DNA of 64,000 bases. Origin: Gnetum montanum (Eukaryota > Plantae > Gnetophyta). Made by a program: the position numbers and the translations under genes. The notes below the pieces were generated by a model, which saw only the letters and a list, made by a program, of their open reading frames with translations, had not been told where the DNA came from and ran no database searches. Below are positions 24,069-37,039 of the stretch, piece after piece. The stretch lies in contig MNCI01001727.1 of assembly GCA_015680685.1 (NCBI GenBank), positions 51,592-115,591 on the forward strand, given 5' to 3'. The stretch's first letter is position 1. Each line of letters begins with the position of its first letter.

Positions 24069-26604
24069 ACATGAAATAAATCTTTGGCAATAGTTAAATC
24101 GAACATTTCAACCTTGTGCCTATCAAGCAACCAAATTGGGAGGCCTTCATGAGAAAATTAGAAAGCGGTGGATTTTAATTTTTCTCTATTGTGTAATATT
24201 TTTAAAATTTCTAAAATATGTTATATATCAAAATGTAATCTATCACATTTAAAGAATTTGTAAGGTTTAGTTATTTAATTTAATGCATATGTTAACTTTT
24301 TAATGTTGTCAAATGCATTTCAATGAATTAGCTCTAATATTTTTGGTTAAATCATAAGAATGCATTACTATCATTACTATTATTGTTGTTGTTTTTGTTG
24401 TTATTAGTTTTCTATGTAAGTGAATGTAATGTTCTTGCCAAAATGTTTTGTTAAAGTTTTATATCATTTATTTTATTATTATTGGAGCTTAGTCAGACAT
24501 TTACTTTATATTTATGGTTAAATGTTGAAATCCAATTATCCTAGGAAGTTTTTCTTTTGTTAGTTATTATGCCTTTACAAGTATTTGACTATGCATATTT
24601 ATTTCTTTATGCATAGTTCTACTTTATTATGAACATATAGTTATGCATCTTTTTATTTTATTATGTACATGTGCTTATATAATACTTTGTTCATGAAGTA
24701 ATTATGGACCTTGACCCTACCCAGACTATATCCCTTATTACCTATTGTCATTAAACTAGGATTTGAAGTTCATTTTTGCAATTATAATTAAATATTTCAT
24801 AAATTGGTATTGTTAAGGAAGTACCTTAGGATAATGTCCTACCTAGGATCTAACTTTACCAATGTGTTTGGAATGTTGAAAAATGTAGGTTTTGACTCTT
24901 AGTTCACTAGAATTGAAGTTACAATTTTTGAGATATCACATTTTCTAGTTTGCTAAAATACTGTAAAATTTTCCACATTTAAACTAGAAAACCATGATAA
25001 ATAATTCCTAGATAAGATTTTAGCATATGATTTGGGAGAACACTTAATAAGGATCTTTTAGGTTCAAACAGAATTTGATTTTGAGTCTCAAGTGTGTGGG
25101 TTATGAGTGTTTGAGAGAGAGAAAAAAAGGAGAAATGAACTTAAGAAAATGAAAATGATAAAAAAATAAGATATAAATCAAATTTTTTTGAGGAACGGAA
25201 AAGTCAAGCAAAAGAAGCATGTTCAAGTGTGAATAAAAATAAGGGAAAAACATATATATCATATGCATATAACATATGCATATTATGCATTAGAACTTAT
25301 TTTCACTAGCATTACAGAAGAGGATTTTCCTCTATTTCTTCTTTGTTTTTTTATTATTCTTCTATTATTTTAATTAATATGTCAAGATTTTGTTAGATTT
25401 TTTTTGTAATTTTAGGCTTTTGTTTTCAAAAAAATAGTATTTTAATCCTATTCGTCTAATTTTTTTAGTTTTTTGTTGAATTTTGGAAATTGTAGAAATT
25501 ATGCCCAACTTGTCCTTGAATATTTTATGAATATTTGGGATTTTCTCATGACATAAACATGAATTTGCAAGAAATTTATAGATTTTGAGCTTTTATGGGT
25601 TTTTGGCCAATTTGGACACCTTTTGAATTTTTGAGCAGTGGAGTGTTCATTAGTGGGACCCATCCCATAGAAACAAGGGTTGGATGGATTTTCTATCTTG
25701 GATTTTGATTCATAAGTTCAGGTGAGCAATGGATTTAGCCAAGACCATGGCAATGAGAAGTTGAGTCTAGTGGTGTGTGGTGAGGCATAGTGAAGATCTA
25801 TCCTTCCAAAGATATATGTGCCTTAGACATTGATGATGTTAGTAGTGGAGCTATTACTAAGATTTGGTCATTAGTGACTTGTTTGGGATCACGAGGGTGA
25901 TCTAATGATAGTAGTGAGGTTATTCCAAGATTTGTTAGTATATTCCTTTGACAATGAGGGTAAACAAGACCTAGCCTTCCAAGATGCTTGAATAAAATAT
26001 AATTTTATAAAGATTTTTGGATTTCTTTTGAAATTTTGGAAAATTTGTGGCATTTTTGGACTGAAAACATTTTTAAATATTTTACTGGAAATCTCTATCT
26101 ATGGCCCATAAATTTTACGCTAAATTACAAGGATCAAGTTTTATTTCAGTGTGCAATATATGTTTTGAAAACGTTAATATTATATATTATATATTAATAT
26201 TTTATTTAATTATTAGTTTTAGTTTTATTAATAAATTTGGTAAACTTTAACCTTGAATATATTTGTTCCTAGATGTCTGATTAAGGTGAAACAAGTGTAG
26301 TTGGGATCATTAGTTTGTATATTATGTCATGATGCAATTAGTGAAATTTTTTAACATCTAATTTTTGTGGTTGCACAAATCTCTATTTTTCTCTTATTAA
26401 ATTTTATTTAATTATGTGTGCAAGTAATCTAAAAGTTTGCTATGTTATATTATTCTACTGTTTTTATGCTTATAATTATATATTTTTTATTTTATGGCTT
26501 TCTTTTGAATTAGTAAATTAAGGTTAAATCTAGATCCTCGGGGTTCTATAACATCTTTATTAGTTATTTATAGGATTTTATAGATAAGTAATAGGGGTGT
26601 TACA
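24069..26604 (+). repeat. AT-rich degenerate LTR-like remnant
   Basis: Ends GGGGTGTTACA, a common gypsy LTR 3' end, next to copia sequence. No coding signal; left boundary unknown. Confidence 0.4.
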
Positions 26605-28938
26605 TAATCCTTCCTCGTTATTAAGAGGAAGATTTTGTACGTTGTGTCTTAAGGTTGATGGCATTGAAAGAGTTTGGGGTTGATGATATTAAGAGAGTTT
26701 TCTAATGCATTTATTTTAGTCTAAGAAATATCTATGATGAAAACTAAAAATCCAATTCAAGGTGAAAACTCTGAAAAGATGTATCTTGTATTTATTGATT
26801 TTAATAAAAATTCTTTAGAGGGTCATCTTCCCTCTACTAGGGAAATTCTCCCTAGCAAATAAGATGAGGAGTCGACACTAAAGAATCAAGTTCTACCATT
26901 AAGAGTGAAAGAAATTTAGGGATGTTGACATTTTATCCATTCAAGGGAATTGATTAGTCTCTTGGAAAGAAATGATAAAATTCTCTTCCTTTCAATAAAT
27001 TTAACATTCTTAGATCATCACTAGTAATGTAGTATTTTATGATTTGCAATAAATGGAAATGAAAAAGTTCTTTCTCAATGATAATGTTGAGGACATATTG
27101 AAGTTAAAAAAAACATATGCTTTGTAAAATATGCACCAAGGTTGTGGAATGAAGCATTTATTCACCACATGTTGAGTCTTACCTTTAGCTTGAAGGACTG
27201 TTAAGATTATTGGCTTTAAATTATCAAAAATGTATATCAAGAGTCTTGGCATAAGGTTGGAGGACTCAAATATGAATTTTAAAGTAAAGCCTAGAATAAT
27301 TGTGCATCAAAGTTTTTGGCAAAAGTCTTGAAGACTTGTATTTATGTTGAAAGTGTTAGTACAAAGCCTAGACTTAGCATAAGCTTGAAGGGCTTATATC
27401 TATGTTAAAGGCTTTGGAATAAGCTTGAAAGACTTGTATGTGTATTTTAAGTCTTGGCATAAGCCTAGAGGAGTTATATGTATGTTGAAAGTCTTGGAAC
27501 AAAGCTTAGATGGCTTGTGTATGTATGTAAAGAGTATATATGAGAAGCATCTTATTCAATTGCTATATGTTAATGACATGTTAATAGTAGGAAATGACAT
27601 ACATGTTAATAGTATAAAAAAAATGCATACATGAAATTGAGAAAAATGTTTTCTTAATTTGAGATTAAAAAAACTTGGTGTTATATAAAAAAAATTAAGA
27701 ATGTAAATTTGGTGAAATAGGGTTAATACGAAAAGGATTTGGCTTGGAAAATTTTCATACGTTAGAAGAATTTGATATATTATAAGTTGAATTATAAGCT
27801 GGTAATAACATCTTGTGACATTGAAATAAAATTTTTAGTTGAAAAATACCCAAAGTAGAAAGAGACTTTATGGTGAAACTTCCATATGCTAGTGTTTTCT
27901 ACATTTTAATGTATGTGATGGTTAGTACTAGACTTGATATTACATACATTATTGAAAAAATTAGTAGATATATGTATAATCTAGGGAAACAACATTGGAT
28001 TGCTATGAATTGAGTTTTCCAATATCTTCATGATGTTGTGAACTTCAGTATTTGTTATCAATGTGGATTTTCCATTCTACATGGCTATGTGGATGTTGAC
28101 TGGGATGGGGATTTAAACAATCTACTAGTGGATATATGCTTAATATCTTTCATGGTGCTATCTCATGGAAAAGCCAATTACAGTCTTGTGTAGCTTACTT
28201 TACTACTAAAGCAGAATATGTTACTACAAACCTAGTTAGTCGGGAAGCTACATGGCTTAAGAGATTGGTGGTTGAACTTGGGATTCATAAAAAGATTGTG
28301 AAAATTGGCTATGATAACCAAAGTGCAATTTACATATCTAAGAATCCCACTTTCTACAAATATCATTATATTCAAAAGTAAATAGATGAATAAAGGATTC
28401 TTCAAGAAAAAATTATGACAAAAGAGAATCCTAGTGATATGATGATAAATTTTTTATCTATTGAAAAATTTTTATGGTGTTGAATAACTATTAATGTCAT
28501 GGAAGGTAATATGATCTAATGTCTGGATTAAGCTTCATAGAAACTTTACCTTTAAGAGGGAGAATTGTGAGTAAAGTGAACATAAAATGTTGTTCACATA
28601 AGCTCAAGTATAGTTCATTGAAGTTATCTCATTATTTTACAACAACTATGTTTTTGTAATTGTATTATTACAACAATTATATTGTGATATAATGTAGTGT
28701 TGAATATTGAACTACATATATCTACACAGTAGTCAATGTAAACTATTATTTGTCTCTAGTCATTTTATTATTACTAATGTTCAGTTTACATCTATTTAAC
28801 ACTACCTATGGATGGTTATCTCATACTATATATATGTATATAGAATATACATTGTGTGCTTTCTTTCATCCTTATCTACTTTTCCATTTTCTCTTATCTA
28901 TTTTGATTTAGGAATTCTCTCTAAGCTGTTTTTTTACA
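26605..28938 (+). mobile_element. Element H: degenerate Ty1/copia 3' fragment (RT, RNase H, PPT, probable 3' LTR from ~28566)
   Basis: LLYVNDMLIVG, PYASV...STRLDI...SRYMYNLGKQHW, GYVDVDWDGD, GAISWKSQLQSCVAYFTTKAEY, YDNQSAI; PPT AAGAGGGAGAA at ~28554. LTR end approximate. Confidence 0.85.
27170..27530 (+). repeat. ~40-bp degenerate tandem repeat inside the copia RT
   Basis: Units like AAAGTCTTGGCATAAGCTTGAAGGACTTGTATGTATGTTG, about 7-9 copies. Confidence 0.7.
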
Positions 28939-30185
28939 ATTGAGTTGTTAAAAGATCTAGGTGTTATATCCACCATGGCTTTTTTTTTTCGTATGAATCA
29001 TAGTTTTGGATACATTATATGGCTTCCTAACTCAAATCCATCTTCAACAATCTAGATTTGACATCATGCATCATTGGCAATGTGGTTTTAGAACTTCATC
29101 TTCAACGTTTGTCAGAAGTGATGTCTCATGCTATTTACAGCATCATTTTTTATTACTTATCTACGGTCTTCAGTTTCAATGTCTAATGTCATCTCTTGCA
29201 TTGATCTTGACTTCAAATTTTTTCCGAAACCTGCTTTTCAATGTCTAATGTCATTTTTGCACTTCGATGTTTTGTGTTAATCTTAATTTCAATGTTCGAT
29301 GTCATTTTCATATCAGCTCTCTACACATTATTTCTCCTATCTAGAACCTTCTAGAAGATTTTTTGGGTTCCAATGTATCATTTCTTTGCAACGTATGAGG
29401 CATTTTCAGTCTATAAATAAGAAGATATTTCAAAATAAAAGGGGTTGGAATCTCTCTAATTGTTTTTTCTTCTAAGTAAAATTAGCTTTCCAAAGATAGA
29501 CTCTCTACAGAATAATTGTTCTCTTTTCTAAGAGATTGCCAATTTCCTTTTTGATTTTTCTCTTCTCTGCTTCATTGCTACATTGTATTCCCTTTGTATT
29601 GTCCTTTTAACACATGGATATTCTTCTAGATCTAGATGAACACATTGATTTGGTCTAATATTTCCTTGTTAGCTTCAAAATCTGCATATTAGTAACATAA
29701 CTCATTTTCAAACATTCCAATCCATTTCTTAGGATCCTTACATTAGATTCCTAGATTTCCTTTTTGAATTTTTGATTTTTTTTATGTTTTTCCATCTCTA
29801 TCATTGTATCAAATCTATTTTGAACATTCCTTTTATTTTGAGGATGTGGATTTTAATAGATCTTTTTATAATCTATGTTATTGACTTTGTTTCTCTATCA
29901 ACTATATGCATGTTCCATTTCGTTTTACTCTATTCTATGTATACATTTTTTGCTAATCATTATTTTTATTACCTATTCCACACATGCTATTGGTTTTTTC
30001 ATATTCATTAGTGTTTGGCAAAAACACTATTTCAGGTTAGATTTTTCAAATGATCTATAAGTTTCCTTTCGATTTGAGAAAACTATTTCTTTAGATCATT
30101 TGATGGGTGTGTAATTACTTAGCTTATTTTTATGTTTGGTTATGTTGGATCTAGAATTATGATGATTTTTACTACAACATCTTTT

Positions 30186-30203
30186 TGGCATTAGAAGAAG
30201 GGC
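30186..30203 (+). promoter_or_regulatory. PBS of element G (tRNA-Asn type)
   Basis: TGGCATTAGAAGAAGGGC, the same type as B's PBS, 6 nt after the LTR end. Confidence 0.75.
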
Positions 30204-30749
30204 CTTTGAAAAATTAACATCATTTCTAGGATTTGCTATTTACCTACACTTTTTAAGTATCAATGATGTATCATGTCAAAAAACTAATGTCACATCCCTT
30301 TACCATGACTTTTACATTTCCTTTAAATAGAGAATTCTCACCCTTTATTTAAGTGTAATCCATTTGCAAGAAAAACTAAAGCTCTAGTAATAGCCTTGTG
30401 AAGTCATAGTTGCTTTTGCAACACGATCATAGCTATGGCATTATCTTTTAATTCAAGTTTTTTAAAAAACTTTAGAAGCTTATTGATTTCAAGAGAAATT
30501 AGGAATTTGTAGAATTTCTAAGCTTAAGGAACTATAAGATAGCATGTGCTAAATGAGAGTTGGGCTACTTACTTACACTAGACATGTTCAAGCTCATGGT
30601 AGAATATGAGTGAGCTAATGATCTACCATCTTTCCTTTTTAATCTAGATCATCCAATTGAACTATATCATGGGGAAACTAAGTAAATTACAAAGTTCATC
30701 ATGTATCAAAAAAAGATACACCTGCAAATTAAGTAAGCTAGAATAAGAA

Positions 30750-33700
30750 TCATCTTGGATCAATTTCTTGGTCCTCATATTACTATTATAGGAGAGAGAA
30801 AAAGCATAACTTATGAATTGGACATTTATTTGACATATAAAGATGAAGAACAATCAATAAAGGAGCTTGACAAAAATAATCCTATATCACATCATTTTCA
30901 TAGCATTAGCATCATAGCTACTTGGAGTTATCCACTTGGATTTGTTCCTCCCACTACAAAGCCACTTAGTTTTCCTATGAGTTCAATTCCTCTGCCTTAC
31001 CATTTATTCCTTCCTAATAACATCAAAAATCCCCATTTCATCTTCTAGTTATCTATCCCATCTTCTGGTTCTACATATTCGATTTCTCATACAACCTACC
31101 ATATGTTCTTTTTAATTAATTTCATCCCTACTTCCACCACTTTGTCATTCTTTAGCATTCCCTAATCCGCTAGTGTAACCTCTTTTCCTATATACCCACC
31201 TAATTCAGTTTCATTGGGTATATCTATTCCTACTACTTTTGGACCTCCTTCATACATGCATCCTCCTTTGATATCATCACTAGCTACAACAACTCAACCT
31301 ATCATCTACTCTTCCAATTATGCATCATCTTTAAAGAACTAAAGACAAAGTAGCCAAGGCATTGAACATGTAAGAAAATTTTTTATTTCCTTGGATTGGG
31401 TCATAAGTGATCCTATGAGCTCTACTATTCCCTTACTAGTCTTGCTTAAGGAAATTTCATTTCCATCCTTTACAAAATACAATGGTCAAACATGGGATTC
31501 CATGAATCATGTGATCATATTTAGGAATGAATGCATGCTTCTTGTCCCTTATCCTCACATCATGCTAAGATGCTTTTTCAACTCGCTTTCTAGAAGACCT
31601 TTGGAATGATGTAGATCCTTGTCTCATGGTTTTATTACCTCTCTGGAGCAACTATTTGCAGATTTCATTAAACACTTCAAGTTTAATATTTCTCAAAGCA
31701 CCAGTGTCATCTCCTTTGTAGCTGTCAAGCAAGCTTCGAATGAACCCATCAATAAGTTTATATTTCAATGGACAACAACATTGACAAAACTAGTCATTTG
31801 GAGGAATGTCACCTATAAAACATATTTGAAGCTATAGTGATTAATTATATTTGGAAGAGGAAGACTTATCATAAGCCTCATTCTTTAAATGATGATTTCC
31901 TAGCTATCAAATGCATTGAAGAAGTTCTATTCAATGTAGTGACTAGGTATTCCTATCCATTCGTAACAAGGCTAACAAGACTACAAAACAAGAGAAGGGA
32001 CAACCAACTTCTCAAGGTGTTTCTTCTTTTGCTAAGTGATAAAATAATGCTTCCTCAACTACTTTTATTTCAACTTAGTAATGCTGACCTTAAACAAGTA
32101 GTGATCAATACACTAAGACACCCATGAGATACTATTTTCTTCTCAATAATCCTCTTAGGGATGATCACCTTTCTGATCAAGTGAGAGCATGCTACCACCA
32201 CATTCAACTTATAATAGTGAATCCTTCTCAGAGACAAGAAGGTTAATTAGAGGTGCCTAAGTGGTATGACTACTAAAAATACTACTATGATTATGAGATC
32301 ATTATTCATAACATAGATAACTATAGAAATTTGAAAGATGAAGTTCAAAATCTTATAGATAAGGCAAAGATAGTGGTGGAAAGCAAGCTATCCACTATGC
32401 ATTAGAATCCCTTGGAAGTTGAAAATACTATTTCAGCTTTTAAGATAGGACACTAAGCTTGTAACTCACCACCTACGAAGCCATAAGTCATATGCTAATT
32501 TGACTATAAGCGTCATTAATAGTTTCCATCACAACTTCGAAAACATTATGTAATTCATTGGTCTAACTATACTACCACCTCATCAAAGCCAAATCACTCT
32601 TCTTTATCTCCTTATCCCATCTATGCTATTGCAAATAACCAAATCTTAGTTACATCTTATGTTGTTACCCACCCTCATTACTCTACTCTTGTTACTCAAC
32701 CCATCCATTATTTCTATTTCTACCTTATTCCATATGATGTTGAATCTCAAAACACCCCTTCACTTGTTACATTCCAAGCATCTAACCATCCCTTTTCATT
32801 ATCTCAAGTAAGAATCCTTACCCATAACTAGAATAAGAAAGCTACTAGTGCATAGAAGAAACCTTCTACAACATCAAAGATGATTTTTTCTTGAACAACA
32901 TTAGAAATTTGTTCCTCTAAGCAACTTCCCACCTTCATTTAATCCTATATAGCTAGTCATAGTGGTATCCACCCCACAGGCATCTTAATCTATGGATAAT
33001 AAGATCTTGTAGTTGATGACCACTATTGTTCATTTTAAGAGAACTAACTTATTCTTGTATGACCTCATAGTAACCTCTAAAGAGCATAGTGCTGCACTAT
33101 ATGATGTTCTTAAGAAAATTGTTATCCCAAGTGACATTTCAACTTAGGAAAAGGCTCTATCTTCCTTCCTTCAAGTTCCTCATATGGATCAAATAGTATG
33201 AACTTCCATGATGAGAACATCAAAGTCGATTTGAAGATGAGAAATATCTGTAGGCTACCACTCTACATTACCATTAAAGTATCATGTGATGCTTTGATTC
33301 CTTAATACATGTTGATGATGGTGCCAGGTATAACATGATCACATGGGTTGTTATTAATCATCTCAGTCTCCAAGATCAATTAAATTTCAATGAAACTTCT
33401 ACTAACCTTAGTTCGTTTAATGACATGAGCAGAAGTCATAGGTTCCATTAAGTTACCATTCATAGTAGGTGATTCTATGCACTTTGAAGCTCTCTTCATG
33501 ATCATACATGAATGTCTTGGTTTGAACAAAATACTAGAACATCCTTGGCTAACTCAACACTTTGCAGTGTCATATCCTATACATAAGAAGATTTACATTT
33601 CCTTTTGTAATAATGAGATAATTATCTTAAGTGACAAAAAAATTCTAAGTGTTTCCCACTTAGATCATGTAGCTTGACCTTATCAACTTAGAGGCGATCT

Positions 33701-33960
33701 AGATGATATTAAACTTGAACCTATAGGTAGGCCTATAGTTATTTTTTCTCCTAAAAATTTTACTATCACCATAGATATGATAGACCTAAATGATGAGTTT
33801 ATCTCTAACATCTTCTTTGTTGATACAAGCTTTGGAGAACTTGACATATCCTCACCTAAAAAGGAAGATTTCTCTTGTCCCTCTCATGTAACTACTCAAA
33901 AGTTCATTACTAACATGATGAACATTGGACAGTTGAGCTCTAAAATGCTTAAATTCATCT
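30750..33960 (+). pseudogene. gag: Degenerate gag-protease of element G
   Basis: FPSFTKYNGQTWDSMNHVIIFRNEC aligns with B gag; LKDEVQNLID follows the knuckle; protease HVDDGA and ILEHPWL. Boundaries approximate. Confidence 0.8.
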
Positions 33961-34318
33961 TTTTCTAGCCACTTTCCTAAGTGGTGGACATCTACTAATA
34001 CATGTTAGGAATTAAATTTAAATTTTAGATCAAAGTCTTTGTTATAATCGTGTATTAGTCACTTACTACCAACAGATAATGTTAAATTGACAATCAAATT
34101 CTTAACATTAGTGCATCATGTCATTTTCATAACTATCATAACATGAAGATGGTTATGAAGAAATCACATAAAAATTTCAATCTTTATTTCCATAAGAAAA
34201 TTTGTATAACTGGTACACATCATAACATTTGATGTGATACCTTATTCTAAGAAACATTATTCACAATTGATGTTTTACAAGGAATTCTATTCTTTAGCAT
34301 CAAATACAAGTGACACAT

Positions 34319-35279
34319 TGATGAGTGGCGAGGTACCCCTACACTCAACCATACGAAACGAGCCTAGCACTTGCAATCTGGTCAAACTCTGCAGACTAAA
34401 TGCCTACACGCTACAAGGAACACTTGGGGTTAATTAATCGTTGTCCTCCCAGAGTTACTTGTTGTTGTCATGGTGTATGGTTAAGTAAGTCCGAGGTATA
34501 TGATTTTTTTGTTCTTTTCTGGTTTATCTCCTATGCTAAAGGGTGAAGGGTTGATAGACTAAAACTAATTCTAACTACAGTACTAAGTCCTAGCATCAGC
34601 ATCCGTTCCCACTTGCCTTACACACCCTGAACTGTGCAACTGTGGCTACCAAACGCTAATCGTTACTGGGATTACCACACATAACGCACGTGCTCAAAGC
34701 GGTCATACTGAGGCACTTAACTAACCTAAGTGTGACAAGTAGGCGATTCCTTGACTAGCCGTACAAATTTGTAGATGCTCGTAATCAAGTCGTACTTGTC
34801 TCACGTTCTAGGAGATAAGGGTGAGAGAATCTAATTGCGATGAGTAGCTGATTCCTTAGCTAGCCGTACACATTCGTCAATGCTCATAACCAACTCGTAC
34901 TCATCCCACGTTACTAGGAAAGTAATAAATAACATTAAATAAACCTATCCATGCACTACAAGGTTTATCCACAAAGTTCGTCTTTATTGTCGTACACAAC
35001 TTGCGTTCAGGTACAAAGCTGCTCGAATAAAGAACCGTTTACTTGGGGGACTCCTACTGCGGGCACATGGAAAATATTCTATCTCTGGGGTGATCAATCC
35101 ACCAGAGCTTTGCTACGTTATGCCTAGGATCTCAAATGAGGGGAGTGCCACCTCTTATTTATAGATTTCGCGGCAGACCATGATATCGCGTATGCGATAT
35201 CGTAGGGAACGACGCGATATCGCGTACATGATATCGTAGGGGATGTGATATCGCAGCTTGTGCATATCGTGTCTCATCA
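34319..35279 (-). repeat. 3' LTR of element E
   Basis: TGATGAG...CTCATCA; direct repeat of 43068-44046. Confidence 0.93.
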
Positions 35280-37039
35280 TACCCCCATGATTGAATGAAA
35301 ACTCGTCCTCGAGTTCCTTACAATAAAATCAGGTAGGTATGGAATTCTTGAGGGAGATGGAACTAATGGGATGACATGTGAACAGATCATTATTACAAGA
35401 CTTGACAAAAATGGTGTTCATGACAACAAGGGTGAACACCTTATTACAATGACATCAGGCCATAGTTGGCAGCTGAGAGAAAAGAGGAGAGAGAATAGAA
35501 GAGAAGAAGAGAGAAGAGTCTTGCTGCTGCCAATGCCTAGATTACGCCTTTCGTTGTCCATCTGTATGTGCATCATCAATCTTGCTCCGTGCATAGCTTT
35601 CTTCAGCACTACTCCATTCCAATTGTTTGCTCCAGATCCATTCCATTGTTGTATGATTGCCATCTGCACACACAACACAATCATATATTAGCAAGGGTAA
35701 TTGAATCATAAAGTAATTAATACCTTGCTTCAGTGTAGGTTCATTGGCTAGGTTGTGGTATGGCCGATACGGATCTGGGAATACATAAATGATGACTACT
35801 GAAGGTGTAGGGGTTAGAAAGAGAAATGAAAAATTTCGAGGCTTAGGAGAAAAATCAAAAAAATAGGTCCCGTACCCCCATGACTAATCACGAACCTCAG
35901 GTAGCGAAAGAATGGAGAAAGAAAAGAAGGAAGAGAGATAAAAATGGACAACTAGGACATCGATAAAAGAGATGTCAAGATGGAAATGAACAAAATAAAA
36001 TCAATTGCAAAATGTTTAGGAAAATAAGTTAACTAATGTTCCAAATAGGAATGTCAGTGGGTCCTCCCCAAAGTAGGCTCATGTCGTTAATGCCCTGACA
36101 GACCCACATTCAAAGAGTCCGTAGGCTCTAGGAATGTCTTTTGGAACAAGAGTTAAAGTCTTAACCGTAAGAATTTACCAAAAATAAAACAACATATCTA
36201 CCAAAATATATACACTAATGATACAACCGGCAATGAGGTGAACAATGGAGAGAAGGATGGAGAGAAGAGAATGGAATGGAATCCCAAGGACAAGGTGGTG
36301 TACAGCCCCTTGTGTGTTTTATGGTTAATGTGACTTGGCAAATCTCATTCCAACTCTGGCCTCAAACCAACCACTTCCAGTGACTTTGCATCAATGCATT
36401 AGGTTAAACCATCCACTCAGATACGAGGATGCATCTTCGAAGAGCCACCACTATTCCGATGAAACAAAGGAGAGAATGGGAAGCGAGAAGGGCCTTAGTT
36501 AGAGGGAACACTTTGGTTCCATAACTAGTGCTTGCAGCCCAAAGTTATTCCGTCTAAGGGGTGTGCTTTGAATCCTCACTTTGGTTTTTTTTTTGGTTTT
36601 GTGTTTTTATGCGTGGGGACCACACCATGCAAAGACTTCTTTATTTTTATTTTCTCAGCTTCCGAAGAATGGGTAACATTGGAACGATAAGAAAACTCAA
36701 GAAGAAAACATCCAAGCACCCAAGNTCAAACTTTATGGGAAGGACCTTATATTATTCATACTACCTTTCCCTCTGGAGCCATGATGATATATAAGCCTAA
36801 CAGCCCAGATAAACAATTATTGGTTAATATACAACAAACAAAACCCTTTCGTGAAGCCGCAATGGCTAGTGCAAATTACGCCTCCACCAGCGGACAACCA
36901 CGCTCATTATTTTGGATCTCTCCCTTACAACTCAGTCATGGGGGAGATGGCCACCTATGCTAACCATATGGGGCCCTAAGTTCTTTTTCACTTTTTGTTT
37001 TACACGTTTTTGTTTTACAAATTTCTTTAACTTTTCTNA

